A stretch of 64,000 bases of DNA. It comes from Hyphomicrobiales bacterium. GTDB taxonomy: Bacteria > Pseudomonadota > Alphaproteobacteria > Rhizobiales > Xanthobacteraceae. Location: the NCBI GenBank assembly GCA_003135415.1, contig PLBP01000013.1, positions 30,601-94,600 on the forward strand. The letters run 5' to 3'. The position numbers and the translations under genes are program-made. Below are positions 51,491 through 63,719 of this stretch, piece after piece. The first letter of the stretch is position 1; each line of letters starts with the position of its first letter. The notes under the pieces were generated by a model. It was not told where the DNA came from. It saw only the letters and a list, made by a program, of their open reading frames with translations, and made no database searches.

Positions 51491-54400
51491 TTACTCGGCG
51501 GCGGGGCGCGAGACGCGCCACTGGGCGAGAAATGCGCGCAACGCCGCGGGTTTCAGCGGCTTATGCATCACCTGGATGCCTTTTGAGCGCGCTTGGTCGC
51601 GCACCTGCGGGCTGCGGTCGGCGGTGATCAGCGCCGCCGGCATTTCGTCGCCGAGCGTCGCGCGCAACGCCGCGATCGCATCGATGCCGTTTCCCTCGTC
51701 GAGATGGTAGTCCACGAGCAGCACGTCCGGCCGTTGCCGGCGGTCGTGCATCGTCGCCAGCGCGCTCTTGAGATCGGACGCGGCGAGTACGTGACAGCCC
51801 CATCCGCCGAGCAGCGCCTGCATGCCGTCGAGCACCTGCGGCTCATTCTCGATGCAAAGCACGATCGTGGTGTCGAGGGGTGCCGCGGGCATAGCCGCCG
51901 CCCGTGGCGTCACATTCATTCGCGTGGGGGCGCTCACGGTCGGGATTTCGACCGAGAAAGTCGCCCCTTTTCCGCTGGCCGAGCGCAGCCTGATCTTGTG
52001 TTCGAGCACACGGGCGATGCGCTCGACGATGGAAAGTCCGAGCCCAAGACCGCGCGCGGCGCGCGCGCCCTGATCGAGACGCTGAAATTCCTTGAAGATG
52101 ACTTTCTGCTTTCCGGCGGGGATGCCGAGGCCGGTGTCGACAACGTCGATGCGCAATTTTCCGCGCCGGCGCCGGCAGCCGATCAGCACCCGCCCGCGCG
52201 GCGTATATTTGATAGCGTTCGAAACCAGATTTTGCAGGAGCCGGCGCAACAGCCGGCGGTCGGATCGAACGGCGAGCGAGCAGGGGAGGAAGGAGAGTTT
52301 CAGTCCCTTCTCGGCGGCGAGCGGCGCGAACTCGACCTCGAGCTGGCTTAGAATTTCGTCGATGCGGAAATTGCTGAGATCGGGTTGCAACGCACCGGTA
52401 TCGAGGCGGGAAATATCAAGGAGCGTAATCAAAATCTCCTCGACCGCCTCGAGCGAGGCGTCGACATTGGCAGCGAGCCTTGATTCTTCGCCGCCGCGCT
52501 CCCGCTCGACGAGACTGGTTGCGTAAAGCCGTGCGGCGTTCAGCGGCTGCAGAATGTCGTGGCTCGCGGCGGCGAGGAAGCGCGTTTTTGAGATGTTGGC
52601 TTCGTCGGCCTCGGCCTTCGCGCGCGCGAGTTCCTCCGTTCGCTCGCGCACGCGGCGCTCAAGATTTTCGTTGACGCGCTCGAGCGTTTCAGCAGCCTCG
52701 ACGGCGGGCGTGATGTCCGTGTAGGTGACGACGATGCCGTCGTCCGGCATCCGGTTCGAGCGCACTTCCACGACGGTGCCGCTCGGCAGCCGCTCCTGAA
52801 ATGTTCCAGTGCGGGTGACGTAGCGCTCGAGCCGGTCGCTCACGATCTCGCCCGCAACGCCGCGGCCGAAATCGCCGCGCTCGGCGCTGCGGCGCAGGAT
52901 TTCATCGAGTCCGACGCCGACCCGCACGAGATCGAGCGAAAGATCGAGCATCTCGCCGAAATGGCGGTTCCAGCAAACCAGTTGCAGATCCTTGTCGAAC
53001 ACCGCGATGCCCTGGCGGACGTGGTCGAGCGCGGTCTGCAAAATTTCGCGGTTGTATTGGATCGCGGCCGAAGCCTCGTCGAGGAGCTTCAGCGCCGCCT
53101 TGTTGGAAACGTTTTGTTTGCGCAACAAGAGCGAGAGCACGAGCCGCGACGATGCCGCTCCGATCGCGGAGGCGAGCAAGTGTTCCGCGAAACGCAGCAT
53201 GTGCGCATCGGCCTCGCGCTTTGGATCGAGCGGAACACCGCGCGATTGTGCAAAGTTATCGAACGAGCGCCGCGTCCGTTCCTCGCCGAGATAGCGCGCG
53301 ACCGTCGAGATCATCTCCTCGACCGTGACCGAGGACTGCCAGAGCCGGAAGGCCGGCGCGATGGAAATGGAAGTGCCGTCCGAGCGCACGAAAATGCTCG
53401 CCTGCAGACGCTCGATTGGCGTCGCCGATGTCAGCAGCGAAACGGTGATGAAGGCGAGGATGTTGAGGCCGAGACTCCAGAATACGCCATGGGCGAGGGG
53501 AGCCGCGTCGAATCCGAAGAGCGCCTGCGGCTTCAACGCTTCGATGCCGAACAAGCCGAAATCGAGGATCGTGCGATCCAACAGACCCGACGCGACGAAG
53601 CTCGGGAGAAGCAGCGTATAGGCCCAGACCGCGGCGCCGATGGCCAATCCCGCGATCGCCCCGTGCGCGTTCGCGCGCCGCCAGAACAGCCCCCCGAAGA
53701 AGGCCGGACCGAACTGCGCCACCGCCGCGAAGGAAAGCAGGCCGATCTGGGCGAGCTGTCCCTCGCCCGCGAGGTGAAAATAGAGATAGGCGAGCAACAG
53801 AATTGCGAAGATGCAAAACCGGCGCGCCGTGAGCAGCATCGCGCCCATGTCGGCGCGCGCCCCCGGCCCCGAGCCGCGCAGCCGCAACGCTAGCGGCACG
53901 ATGATGTCGTTCGACACCATGATCGCGACCGCGACGCTCTCGACGATGACCATCGCGGTCGCGGCCGAGAGTCCTCCGATAAAGGCAAGCAGCGCCATCG
54001 TGTCCGCCTTCGCGCTCAAGGGAAGCGCCAGCACGAACATGTCGCTGTCGATCGCGCCCTGCGGAAAGAAATAGAGGCCGGCGATCGCGATCGGCACCAC
54101 AAAAAGATTGATCAGGAGTAGATAGAGCGGGAACATCCAGCTCGCGCGCCTGAGCTCGTCCTCGCCGTTGTTCTCGACGACTGCGACATGGAATTGCCGC
54201 GGCAACAGAAGAAAGCAGAGCGACGACAGCACTGTCATCGTAATCCAGTTCGCGGGATCGAATCCGGTGGTGAAAATCGGAAGCACGCCGCCGAGGCTCG
54301 CGGCCTTGGCCCACAGATCGCTCGGCCCGCCGAACAAAAAGAAGGTGATGTAGATGCCGACGACGAGAAACGCCACGAGCTTGATGACGGACTCGGTCGC

Positions 54401-55000
54401 GATCGCGAGCATCAAGCCTTCCTGATGCTCGGTCGCGTCGATCTGGCGGGTGCCGAACAGGACAGCGAATACCGCCATCGTCACGGCGACGAGGAACGCG
54501 ATGTCGCCGACGACGGGAACTTCGCTCGCGAACTCGGCAAGCGCGATGTGATCGTGGCCAAGGACCGTGATCAACGACGCCGAAACCGCCTTGAGTTGCA
54601 GCGCGATGTAGGGAATCGCGCCGATGACGGCGACGATCGTGACCATCACCGCGACGGCCTGGCTCTTGCCATAGCGCGCGGCGATGAAGTCGGCGATCGA
54701 GGTGATGTTTTGCGCTTTCGCGAGCCGCACGACCTTCAGGATCAGCGGATAGCCGAGACCGATCATCAGGACCGGCCCGATATAGATCGTGAGAAAATCG
54801 AATCCCTGCTTGGAGGCGAGGCCGACCGAGCCGAAGAAGGTCCACGACGTGCAGTAGACGGCGAGCGACAACGGATAGATCAGCGGGCGGCTGCCGCCTT
54901 TGCCGGCTCCGGGACGCGCACGGTTGCCATAGCTCGCAACGGCGAACAGGAAGCCGATATAGGCGAGCGCGATGCCGACGACGGCCCAGCCTTGCAACAT
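51491..55000 (-). CDS. Hybrid sensor histidine kinase with an N-terminal sodium:solute-symporter (SSS) domain, PAS, HisKA/HATPase and receiver (CrbS/CbrA-like architecture)
   Basis: 1169 aa. ~13 TM helices N-terminally, H-box ..FLAAASHDILQPLN.., G-boxes ..DTGLGIP.. and ..GLGLGLSIV.., C-terminal REC ..VLLVDYHLDEG... Confidence 0.85.
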   Translation of the reverse strand: MLQGWAVVGIALAYIGFLFAVASYGNRARPGAGKGGSRPLIYPLSLAVYCTSWTFFGSVGLASKQGFDFLTIYIGPVLMIGLGYPLILKVVRLAKAQNITSIADFIAARYGKSQAVAVMVTIVAVIGAIPYIALQLKAVSASLITVLGHDHIALAEFASEVPVVGDIAFLVAVTMAVFAVLFGTRQIDATEHQEGLMLAIATESVIKLVAFLVVGIYITFFLFGGPSDLWAKAASLGGVLPIFTTGFDPANWITMTVLSSLCFLLLPRQFHVAVVENNGEDELRRASWMFPLYLLLINLFVVPIAIAGLYFFPQGAIDSDMFVLALPLSAKADTMALLAFIGGLSAATAMVIVESVAVAIMVSNDIIVPLALRLRGSGPGARADMGAMLLTARRFCIFAILLLAYLYFHLAGEGQLAQIGLLSFAAVAQFGPAFFGGLFWRRANAHGAIAGLAIGAAVWAYTLLLPSFVASGLLDRTILDFGLFGIEALKPQALFGFDAAPLAHGVFWSLGLNILAFITVSLLTSATPIERLQASIFVRSDGTSISIAPAFRLWQSSVTVEEMISTVARYLGEERTRRSFDNFAQSRGVPLDPKREADAHMLRFAEHLLASAIGAASSRLVLSLLLRKQNVSNKAALKLLDEASAAIQYNREILQTALDHVRQGIAVFDKDLQLVCWNRHFGEMLDLSLDLVRVGVGLDEILRRSAERGDFGRGVAGEIVSDRLERYVTRTGTFQERLPSGTVVEVRSNRMPDDGIVVTYTDITPAVEAAETLERVNENLERRVRERTEELARAKAEADEANISKTRFLAAASHDILQPLNAARLYATSLVERERGGEESRLAANVDASLEAVEEILITLLDISRLDTGALQPDLSNFRIDEILSQLEVEFAPLAAEKGLKLSFLPCSLAVRSDRRLLRRLLQNLVSNAIKYTPRGRVLIGCRRRRGKLRIDVVDTGLGIPAGKQKVIFKEFQRLDQGARAARGLGLGLSIVERIARVLEHKIRLRSASGKGATFSVEIPTVSAPTRMNVTPRAAAMPAAPLDTTIVLCIENEPQVLDGMQALLGGWGCHVLAASDLKSALATMHDRRQRPDVLLVDYHLDEGNGIDAIAALRATLGDEMPAALITADRSPQVRDQARSKGIQVMHKPLKPAALRAFLAQWRVSRPAAE

Positions 55001-55226
55001 CTCTACACCAGAACCATAGCGTTTTCAGGCGGCGGTCGGCGGAAAAGGACCATAGCGGGCCCGCCTTGTCCATGGTGGTACCGGGCCGCTTTCAGCCATG
55101 CTTTTGCCGCCCGGTAAGGGGCCTGTTCACTCCGACCCTTTCGTCCCGGAAAGATTGCCTCGACATTGCATGATCAAGTCCGATCGGTGCCGGTAGCGCG
55201 GATTGAGGACAAGCAGGAGGGGTGAG

Positions 55227-55643
55227 ATGTTGAAGGAATTTCGCGACTTCGCGATGAAAGGAAATGTCGTCGATCTCGCCATTGGCGTGATCATCGGCGC
55301 CGCGTTCGGCAAGATCGTCGAGTCGATCGTAGGCGATATGTTCATGCCGGTGCTGGGCGCGATCACCGGCGGGCTCGATTTCACGAATTATTTCATTCCG
55401 CTTTCGGCGAAAGTTTCGGCGGGCTCGCTCGACGAGGCGAGGAAGCAGGGCGCGGTGCTCGCCTATGGAAGTTTTATGACGATCGCCATCAACTTCACCA
55501 TCATCGCGGCCGCGCTGTTCTTCGTCGTGAAGGGGATCAATTATTTGAAGCGCAAGGACGCGGCGAAGCCTTCGGAGCCCGCGCCGCCCTCAAAGCAGGA
55601 AACGCTGCTCACCGAAATTCGCGACCTGTTGAAACAGCGCTGA
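55227..55643 (+). CDS. mscL: Large-conductance mechanosensitive channel
   Basis: [31 protein letters not shown].. is the canonical MscL N-terminus. AGGAGG RBS precedes ATG 55227. Confidence 0.9.
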   Translation: MLKEFRDFAMKGNVVDLAIGVIIGAAFGKIVESIVGDMFMPVLGAITGGLDFTNYFIPLSAKVSAGSLDEARKQGAVLAYGSFMTIAINFTIIAAALFFVVKGINYLKRKDAAKPSEPAPPSKQETLLTEIRDLLKQR

Positions 55644-55720
55644 TCGTCCGCGCGCGCAAAAAGCGGCCGGCGAATAGCCGGCCGCTCATCAAACGGCGCG
55701 ATATCGTTGGCGGGCGAGAT

Positions 55721-55945
55721 TTACTTCTTCTCCATCATCTTGCTTTTGTCATCCGTCTTGCTCTTATCGTCCGTCTTGCTCTTGTCGCCCATTTTCCCTT
55801 TGTCATCTGCCTTGCTCTTGTCGTCCATCTTGCCGGTCTGGGCGAGCTGGAGTTGGCGAACCTCGGATGTGTTCGTGGAGTCGGCGAGTGCGTAGGAAGC
55901 CGAGCCGATGAACGCGGTCGAAACGAGAAGTGCGACGAGTTTCAT
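55721..55945 (-). CDS. Small secreted Lys/Asp-rich repeat protein
   Basis: ATG at 55945 (MKLVALLVSTAFIGSASYALA signal peptide). The mature part ends in DDKSK(T/A) hexapeptide repeats encoded by ~18-nt tandem repeats. Confidence 0.5.
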   Translation of the reverse strand: MKLVALLVSTAFIGSASYALADSTNTSEVRQLQLAQTGKMDDKSKADDKGKMGDKSKTDDKSKTDDKSKMMEKK

Positions 55946-56191
55946 GTTGTGCCCCTGTTGATGAGGGCCGTGCGCCTCGGCGCCGGCCGAACGTCCGCTT
56001 CCGCGCGGACAGCGTGATCCTAGGCGGCTTCCGCGAGCGGATAGCTTCACTTCTCGAACAGAAGCCGTGACGGTTCGGTGATCGTACTTCACGCAAAGAT
56101 CACGGACACGCGAGCTTCGCGGCTTTCGCACTGCAAACAAAAAAGCGGCCGGTAAAAACCGGCCGCTTTGATTGCCCGTCTGCGGCTTTTA

Positions 56192-56692
56192 TTACGTCGC
56201 GCTATCGAGCTTCTCGTAATACTTCTTGATCAGCTCGACATTGCCCGGAAACTTGATCGGCTCCGCTGTCTTCAGCTGCTCGTTCAGGTCCGCCAGCATT
56301 TCCTTTTTCTGCGGCTCAGGGATCGTTTTATCGGCCTTGAGCTCGTCGATCTGCTTTTGCAGGGCGATCTTCGGCTCACTGAAGGCCTTGGTTTTCGGAT
56401 CAAAGCAGGACATCAGCAACGAAATGTTCTCGGATATCGCATCAAATTCGGCAAGATTCGCGAAACCGTATTTCTTGGTGACGGCTTCGAGCTGAGCCTG
56501 AAGCTTCGGATCGGGCTTATCGCCCTGAATGTTTTGCATGATCGCCCCTACTTCCTTCTGCGAGGCGATATAATTTTCGATTTGCTTTTCGCTGAGTTGA
56601 ATTTGCTTGACGGCCTGTGCCATCGCTCCGCCCGAGATGTGGACGAGTGCGATGGCGGCGATGGTCGCAATGATGAATCGGAAGGCGCGCAT
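56192..56692 (-). CDS. Secreted hypothetical protein (166 aa)
   Basis: Internal ATG 56692 gives the signal peptide MRAFRFIIATIAAIALVHISGGAMA. The upstream extension in the track overlaps non-coding DNA. Confidence 0.55.
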   Translation of the reverse strand: MRAFRFIIATIAAIALVHISGGAMAQAVKQIQLSEKQIENYIASQKEVGAIMQNIQGDKPDPKLQAQLEAVTKKYGFANLAEFDAISENISLLMSCFDPKTKAFSEPKIALQKQIDELKADKTIPEPQKKEMLADLNEQLKTAEPIKFPGNVELIKKYYEKLDSAT

Positions 56693-56882
56693 GGACGTAT
56701 CCTCGCTGGCTGGGGGTTTTTGACCGCTCGAAGAACCGGAAGAAACTTGATAACGGCTGCAGAAGACAAAATTTAGATGCTCCCCGCACGTCAATCGGCT
56801 ATCCCGTGACAAATCGTCTCTAATGGCTGCTGTTTAGGGCCGAACGCCGCACAATTCACACAAAACTTTCGTATATTAAAAA

Positions 56883-56957
<75 letters not shown>

Positions 56958-57356
56958 GCGCCGGGAATTGAACGAGCCGCCGCCAACAAAGCGGGGCCTT
57001 TTCGGGCGCTTTAAGTGCCACGAGGACCAAAACCCCGCAAGCCGGAATGCGGCTTGCGGCCATGGGAAAGCGGGGCTACCGCTAGCCGATGGGCGAAGAG
57101 GGTAACGCCAAGACATCGAGTGATAGAGATCGCGCCCGCAACGAGCGGCTCGCGAAGGCGCTCCGCGAAAATCTCAAGCGCCGCAAAACGCAGACCCGCA
57201 ACCGTGACGAAGAAACGTGCCCTGCCATGCCCGGCGCGCGGGTTCCATTAGACGAAGATTCAAAGCAGCCATGAGCTTTTGCGCCTTTATTTCGTCCTGG
57301 CTCGGCGGTTAAACAAAGAGCAGCGTGGGTCGCGCCTTTTCGCGCGAGGGGAATCG

Positions 57357-58646
<1,290 letters not shown>

Positions 58647-58719
58647 GGCGTTTCCAAGAAGCGCTTGCCAAAGGCCGTCCCGCGCCGCTATGCCGCGCGG
58701 GCGAAAAGGTATCTCGCCG

Positions 58720-59163
58720 ATGGTGCCGGACAACCAAACCGCTCTCAAACTCGTCGCGCTCGATCCCGAGGATCTCGCGGTCCTCTCAGCGCACCTGCAG
58801 GACGCAATCGCCAAGGTCGGCGATATTGCGTATCTGCCGAAGGAGAAACGTTTTGCGATGCTCTTGAATCGTTTCGATTGGGCCGGGTCGGAACGCAATC
58901 CTCCGGTGCGCCGCCGCACCGGCATTCATTTCGAGCGCGTGCTCGCCGCGAAGACCCGCGGCATCGATCTCGCCGCCCACGATGCGATCGTTAATCTTCT
59001 CGCCGTCGAATTCGAGGAAAAGGAATCACCTTCGGGAATCATCACGCTCTTCTTCTCGGGAGACACCGCGATCAAGCTTGAAGTCGAGTGCCTGGAGGCG
59101 GCGCTTTCGGATATCGGCCCGCACTGGCCGGCGCAGAAGCGCCCGCGCCACGACCAAGCGTGA
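58720..59163 (+). CDS. DUF2948-family protein
   Basis: ..LKLVALDPEDLAVLSAHLQDAI.. . Conserved murA-DUF2948-hisD synteny in Rhizobiales as I recall it. The start could be 58690. Confidence 0.65.
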   Translation: MVPDNQTALKLVALDPEDLAVLSAHLQDAIAKVGDIAYLPKEKRFAMLLNRFDWAGSERNPPVRRRTGIHFERVLAAKTRGIDLAAHDAIVNLLAVEFEEKESPSGIITLFFSGDTAIKLEVECLEAALSDIGPHWPAQKRPRHDQA

Positions 59164-59172
59164 GGCCTTCGA

Positions 59173-60468
59173 ATGCCAATCCGGCTCGATACAAGAGAAA
59201 AGGACTTTACCGCTCGTTTCGACGCTTTCCTCGCCACCAAGCGCGAGGTGGCCTCCGACGTGGAAGCGGCCGTGCGCGCAATCATCGCCGCCGTGGCGAA
59301 AGACGGCGACCGCGCGCTCGTCGAGCTTTCGAAGAAATTCGACCGCGTCGATCTTCAAAAGGCCGGCATCAAGGTATTGCCGGCCGAAATCGACGCGGCC
59401 TTCGCCTCGATCGACGCAAAAACCCGCTCCGTGCTCGAATTCGCCAAGGAGCGGATCGATGCCCATCACCGCCGCCAGCCGCTGGAAGATTTACATTATA
59501 CCGACGCTCTCGGCGTCGAACTCGGCCACCGTTGGACGCCGATCGAGGCGGTTGGTCTCTACGTTCCGGGCGGCACCGCGGCCTATCCCTCGTCGGTCTT
59601 GATGAACGCGCTGCCGGCGAAAATCGCCGGCGTTGAGCGGCTCGTCATCGCGGTGCCGGCGCCCGACGGCAAGCTTTCGCCGCTGGTGCTCGCCGCAGCC
59701 AGGCTCGCGGGCGTGAGCGAGATTTACCGGGTCGGCGGCGCGCAGGCGATCGCCGCACTCGCTTACGGCACCGAGACGATCGCCCCGGTCGCGAAGATCG
59801 TCGGGCCCGGCAATGCCTATGTGGCGGCGGCGAAGCGGCTCGTCTTCGGCAAGGTCGGAATCGATTCGATCGCCGGCCCCTCCGAAGTGCTGGTGCTCGC
59901 CGATTCGGGCGCCAATCCCGACTGGATTGCTGCCGATCTTCTGGCGCAAGCCGAGCATGACACGGCGGCGCAGTCGATCCTGGTCACGCCGGATTTGAAA
60001 CTCGCGGAGGCCGTCGGGCGCGCGGTCGAGCGTCAATTGCAGTCGCTGCCGCGGGCGAAGATCGCGGGCAAGAGTTGGCGCGATTTCGGCGCCGTTATCC
60101 TCGTGCGCGAGATGAAGGAGGCACTCGTGCTCATCGACCGCCTCGCGCCCGAGCACTGCGAGATCATCGCGGCCGACGCGGACCGCCTCGCGACCCGCAT
60201 TCGCAACGCCGGCGCGATCTTCATCGGCGCGCACACGCCCGAAGCGATCGGCGACTATGTCGGCGGCTCGAACCACGTGCTGCCGACCGCACGCGCCGCG
60301 CGCTACGCCTCGGGTTTGAGCGTCTTGGATTTCATGAAGCGCACGTCGATCCTGAAATGTGGACCGGCACAACTCGAGAAGCTCGCGCCCGCCGCGATCA
60401 CGCTCAGCCGTGCCGAGGGGTTGGAGGCGCACGCCCGTTCGCTCGAAATGCGTCTGAAGCGCGATTGA
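59173..60468 (+). CDS. hisD: Histidinol dehydrogenase
   Basis: 431 aa. ..[12 protein letters not shown].., ..AGPSEVLV.., ..QAEHD.., ..[13 protein letters not shown]... Confidence 0.9.
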   Translation: MPIRLDTREKDFTARFDAFLATKREVASDVEAAVRAIIAAVAKDGDRALVELSKKFDRVDLQKAGIKVLPAEIDAAFASIDAKTRSVLEFAKERIDAHHRRQPLEDLHYTDALGVELGHRWTPIEAVGLYVPGGTAAYPSSVLMNALPAKIAGVERLVIAVPAPDGKLSPLVLAAARLAGVSEIYRVGGAQAIAALAYGTETIAPVAKIVGPGNAYVAAAKRLVFGKVGIDSIAGPSEVLVLADSGANPDWIAADLLAQAEHDTAAQSILVTPDLKLAEAVGRAVERQLQSLPRAKIAGKSWRDFGAVILVREMKEALVLIDRLAPEHCEIIAADADRLATRIRNAGAIFIGAHTPEAIGDYVGGSNHVLPTARAARYASGLSVLDFMKRTSILKCGPAQLEKLAPAAITLSRAEGLEAHARSLEMRLKRD

Positions 60469-60470
60469 CG

Positions 60471-60944
60471 ATGAGCGCCGGCAAGCGCCTCGTTTCCGTG
60501 ACCCTTGATGAGGCCTCGATCGGCCGCGCCAATCCCGATGTCGAGCACGAGCGCGCGATCGCGATCTACGATCTGTTGGAAGAGAACAGCTTCGCTCCCG
60601 TCGACGATGACAGCGGGCCCTACGCGCTGAAGATCGCGATCGCCGACCGGCGGCTCGTCTTTGAGGTGACGACAGCGGACGGCAACCCGGTCATCGCCCA
60701 TTTTCTGTCGCTCACGCCCTTCCGGCGCGTGGTGAAAGATTATTTCACCATGTGCGAAAGCTATTATTCGGCAATCCGCACCGAGTCGCCCGTAAAGATC
60801 GAGGCGATCGACATGGGCCGCCGCGGCCTTCACAACGAGGGCTCCGAGCTTCTGATCGAGCGCCTGAAGGACAAGGTCGCCGTCGACTTCGATACCGCGC
60901 GCCGGCTCTTCACGCTGATCTGCGCGCTGCATTGGAAAGGCTGA
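60471..60944 (+). CDS. UPF0262-family protein
   Basis: ATG 60471 ([14 protein letters not shown]..). ..[17 protein letters not shown].. and ..[10 protein letters not shown].. fit UPF0262. The upstream part of the track ORF overlaps hisD out of frame. Confidence 0.7.
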   Translation: MSAGKRLVSVTLDEASIGRANPDVEHERAIAIYDLLEENSFAPVDDDSGPYALKIAIADRRLVFEVTTADGNPVIAHFLSLTPFRRVVKDYFTMCESYYSAIRTESPVKIEAIDMGRRGLHNEGSELLIERLKDKVAVDFDTARRLFTLICALHWKG

Positions 60945-60951
60945 GCGCAAG

Positions 60952-61416
60952 ATGGCGGATGCGGCGCGGGAGAGGCCGCAGGCCGTTTTGTTTCTGTGCG
61001 GGCATAATCAAGTGCGCTCGCCGATCGCCGCCGCGCTTGCCAAGCACCTTCTCGGCGGCTCGATTTACGCGGCCTCGGCGGGCGTATTGAAAGGGGAGAC
61101 GGATCCCTTCGTCACCGCGGTGATGGACGAGATCGGCATCGATCTCTCCCGGCACAAATCCGTGACCCTCGACGAAATCGAGGAGTATGAAGGGCTCAAT
61201 TTCGATCTCGTCGTGAGTCTGTCGCCGGAAGCGCATCACAGGGCGCTCGATCTCACCCGCCGGCTGCCCTTCGATGTCGAGTATTGGCCGACCCCCGATC
61301 CTACTGCCGTCGAAGGAAACCGCGAGCAGCGGTTAGAAGCCTATCGCGCCGTCCGCGACGAGCTGTTGAAATGCATCAAGACGCGCTTCACCTGGCGTCC
61401 CGCAGGCTCTGTTTAG
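60952..61416 (+). CDS. Low-molecular-weight phosphotyrosine phosphatase / ArsC-like family protein
   Basis: P-loop ..[13 protein letters not shown].. (CX5R-S). Confidence 0.75.
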   Translation: MADAARERPQAVLFLCGHNQVRSPIAAALAKHLLGGSIYAASAGVLKGETDPFVTAVMDEIGIDLSRHKSVTLDEIEEYEGLNFDLVVSLSPEAHHRALDLTRRLPFDVEYWPTPDPTAVEGNREQRLEAYRAVRDELLKCIKTRFTWRPAGSV

Positions 61417-61552
61417 GGCGCCGGGGCGGGAGTTCCCTTTCGCGCTCGGTTCGGTTAATCGATGCCCTACGATCTCGCCAAGGATCAGCATCGCTGACCT
61501 CTTCCAACGAGGAACGCGGCCGTCTACGCCGCTAGTTCAGGAAAATCCGCCA

Positions 61553-62176
61553 ATGATGGGCCGGCCCAAACTCGTTCTCGCCTCCGGCTCGCCGCGGCGG
61601 CTCTCGCTGATCAACCAAGCGGGGGTGGAGCCCGACTCGTTGGAGCCCGCCGAGATCGATGAGACACCCGAGCGCGGCGAACTGCCGCGCACGCTCTCGG
61701 TCCGTCTCGCGCGCGAGAAGGCGCTGAAGGCGCAAGAACGCATCCGCGCGCGCGAGGATTTGAAGGGCGCCTTTATTCTTGCCGCCGATACGGTGGTGGC
61801 GGTCGGCCGCCGCATCATGCCGAAGCCGGAACTCTTGGAGGAGGCCGCCTCCTGCCTGCGTCTGTTGTCGGGCCGCACCCACCGCGTCTATTCGGGCGTT
61901 TGCCTCGTCACCCCGAACGAATCTGTGAAGACGCGGCTCGTCGAGACGCGCGTCCGCTTCAAGCGGCTCTCGGACCAGGACATCGAAAGCTATCTTGCTT
62001 CGGGCGAGTGGCGGAACAAGGCGGGCGGCTATGCGATCCAGGGCCTCGCCGGCACTTTCGTCGTCAAGCTCGTCGGCTCCTATTCGAACGTGGTGGGGCT
62101 GCCGCTCTACGAGACGACCGCGCTTTTGGCGGGCGAAGGTTATCCGGTACACTTCGGCTGGCTCAATCCGCCCTGA
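61553..62176 (+). CDS. maf: Maf-family nucleoside-triphosphate pyrophosphatase
   Basis: ..[12 protein letters not shown].. and ..GAYAIQG-like [10 protein letters not shown]... Confidence 0.85.
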   Translation: MMGRPKLVLASGSPRRLSLINQAGVEPDSLEPAEIDETPERGELPRTLSVRLAREKALKAQERIRAREDLKGAFILAADTVVAVGRRIMPKPELLEEAASCLRLLSGRTHRVYSGVCLVTPNESVKTRLVETRVRFKRLSDQDIESYLASGEWRNKAGGYAIQGLAGTFVVKLVGSYSNVVGLPLYETTALLAGEGYPVHFGWLNPP

Positions 62177-62201
62177 GACGCGGAATGCCGACGGAGGGCG
62201 C

Positions 62202-63719
62202 ATGAATCTCGCGCTGTGGTTGGAGCGTGCGGGCCGGTCGCATCCCGCGGCACCGGCGATCGGTTACGGCAAGCACGCGGTGATGGATTACGGCGCGCTG
62301 GCACTTCGTGCCGCGCGCATTGCGGGCGCCTTGCAGAAGGCAGGGCTCAAGCCGGGCGACCGGGTGGCGATCGCCGCCAAGAACCACCCCGATTATCTTG
62401 CCGTGCTGTTCGGCATCTGGCACGCGGGGTTAGCTGCGGTGCCCGCCAACGCCAAGCTGCATGGCGCCGAACTCGGCTACATTCTCGAACACTCGGGCGC
62501 GCGCATCTGTTTTGCGTCGAAGGATCTGGAAAGCGATGTCGCCGCGCATGCGCCGAAGAGTCTCGAACGCCTCGCCACCATCGGCAGCCGTGAATATGAA
62601 AATCTCTTGTCCGCCGATCCGGCGCCGGTCGAGCCGCGCACGGGCGGCGATCTCGCCTGGCTCTTCTATACCTCCGGCACGACCGGCAAGCCCAAGGGCG
62701 CCATGCTCACGCATCGCAATCTTACCTGGGCGAGCTACGCCTACGCCGCCGAGGTCGACGCGGTGGCACCCGGCGAGGCGATCGTACACGCGGCACCGCT
62801 GAGCCACGGCTCCGGGCTCTACGCCCTTCCGCATGTCGGCCGTCTTGGCGTGAACGTCGTGCCGGAATCGGGCTCGTTCGAGCCCGACGAGATTTTCTCG
62901 CTGTTTTCGCATTGGACGCGGCCCTCGATGTTCGCGGCGCCGACCATGATCAAGCGCCTCGTCGAGAGCGGAGCCGATTGCGATCCGGCCGCGATCCGCA
63001 CGCTGATCTGGGGCGGCGCGCCGATGTATGTCGAGGACGCGCTGAAGGCGATCGAGCGCTTCGGCTATCGTCTCGCGCAAATTTACGGTCAGGGCGAAAG
63101 CCCGATGACGATCACGTTTCTCGGGAAGCAGGAAATCGCCGATCGCGATCATCCGCGTTGGGCGGAAAAGCTCGGCTCTGCCGGCCGGCCCTATGCTTGC
63201 GTCGAGGTCAAAGTCGCCGATCACGAGGATCGCGCTCTGCCCGCGGGTATGCTCGGCGAGATTCTGTGCAAGGGCGATGTGGTGATGGCGGGTTATTGGA
63301 AAAATCCGCAGGCGAGCGAGGCGGCGCTGAAAGACGGCTGGCTGCATACCGGCGATGTCGGCGTCTTCGACACCGACGGCTATCTCACGCTGAAGGACCG
63401 CTCCAAGGACATGATCATTTCCGGCGGCTCCAACATCTATCCGCGCGAGGTCGAGGAAATTTTGCTCGCGCACGAGAAAATCCGCGAAGTGTCGGTGATC
63501 GGACGGCCCGACGCCGAATGGGGCGAAGTCGTCGTCGCCTACGTCGTGGGCGAAGCGAATGCGAAGGAGCTCGATGCGCTTTGTCTCGAGCGCATCGCGC
63601 GCTTCAAGCGGCCGAAGGATTATGTCTTCGTCGATGCGCTGCCGAAGAACAATTACGGTAAGATCCTGAAGACGGAACTGCGCGAACGTGACACGCAGCG
63701 CGAGAAGAAACATGCCTGA
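62202..63719 (+). CDS. AMP-dependent acyl-CoA synthetase/ligase
   Basis: Internal ATG 62202 (MNLALWLERAG..). AMP-binding motif ..LFYTSGTTGKPKGAM.., ..TGDVG..D.DGY..DR.KD..., ..ALPKNNYGKILK... Confidence 0.85.
   Translation: MNLALWLERAGRSHPAAPAIGYGKHAVMDYGALALRAARIAGALQKAGLKPGDRVAIAAKNHPDYLAVLFGIWHAGLAAVPANAKLHGAELGYILEHSGARICFASKDLESDVAAHAPKSLERLATIGSREYENLLSADPAPVEPRTGGDLAWLFYTSGTTGKPKGAMLTHRNLTWASYAYAAEVDAVAPGEAIVHAAPLSHGSGLYALPHVGRLGVNVVPESGSFEPDEIFSLFSHWTRPSMFAAPTMIKRLVESGADCDPAAIRTLIWGGAPMYVEDALKAIERFGYRLAQIYGQGESPMTITFLGKQEIADRDHPRWAEKLGSAGRPYACVEVKVADHEDRALPAGMLGEILCKGDVVMAGYWKNPQASEAALKDGWLHTGDVGVFDTDGYLTLKDRSKDMIISGGSNIYPREVEEILLAHEKIREVSVIGRPDAEWGEVVVAYVVGEANAKELDALCLERIARFKRPKDYVFVDALPKNNYGKILKTELRERDTQREKKHA

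Noticed and set aside
55725-55830. Tandem repeats as a possible CRISPR or minisatellite locus
   Set aside because: The repeats are contiguous with no spacers, are in frame, and encode the DDKSK repeats of a signal-peptide-bearing ORF. No cas genes are present anywhere in the window.
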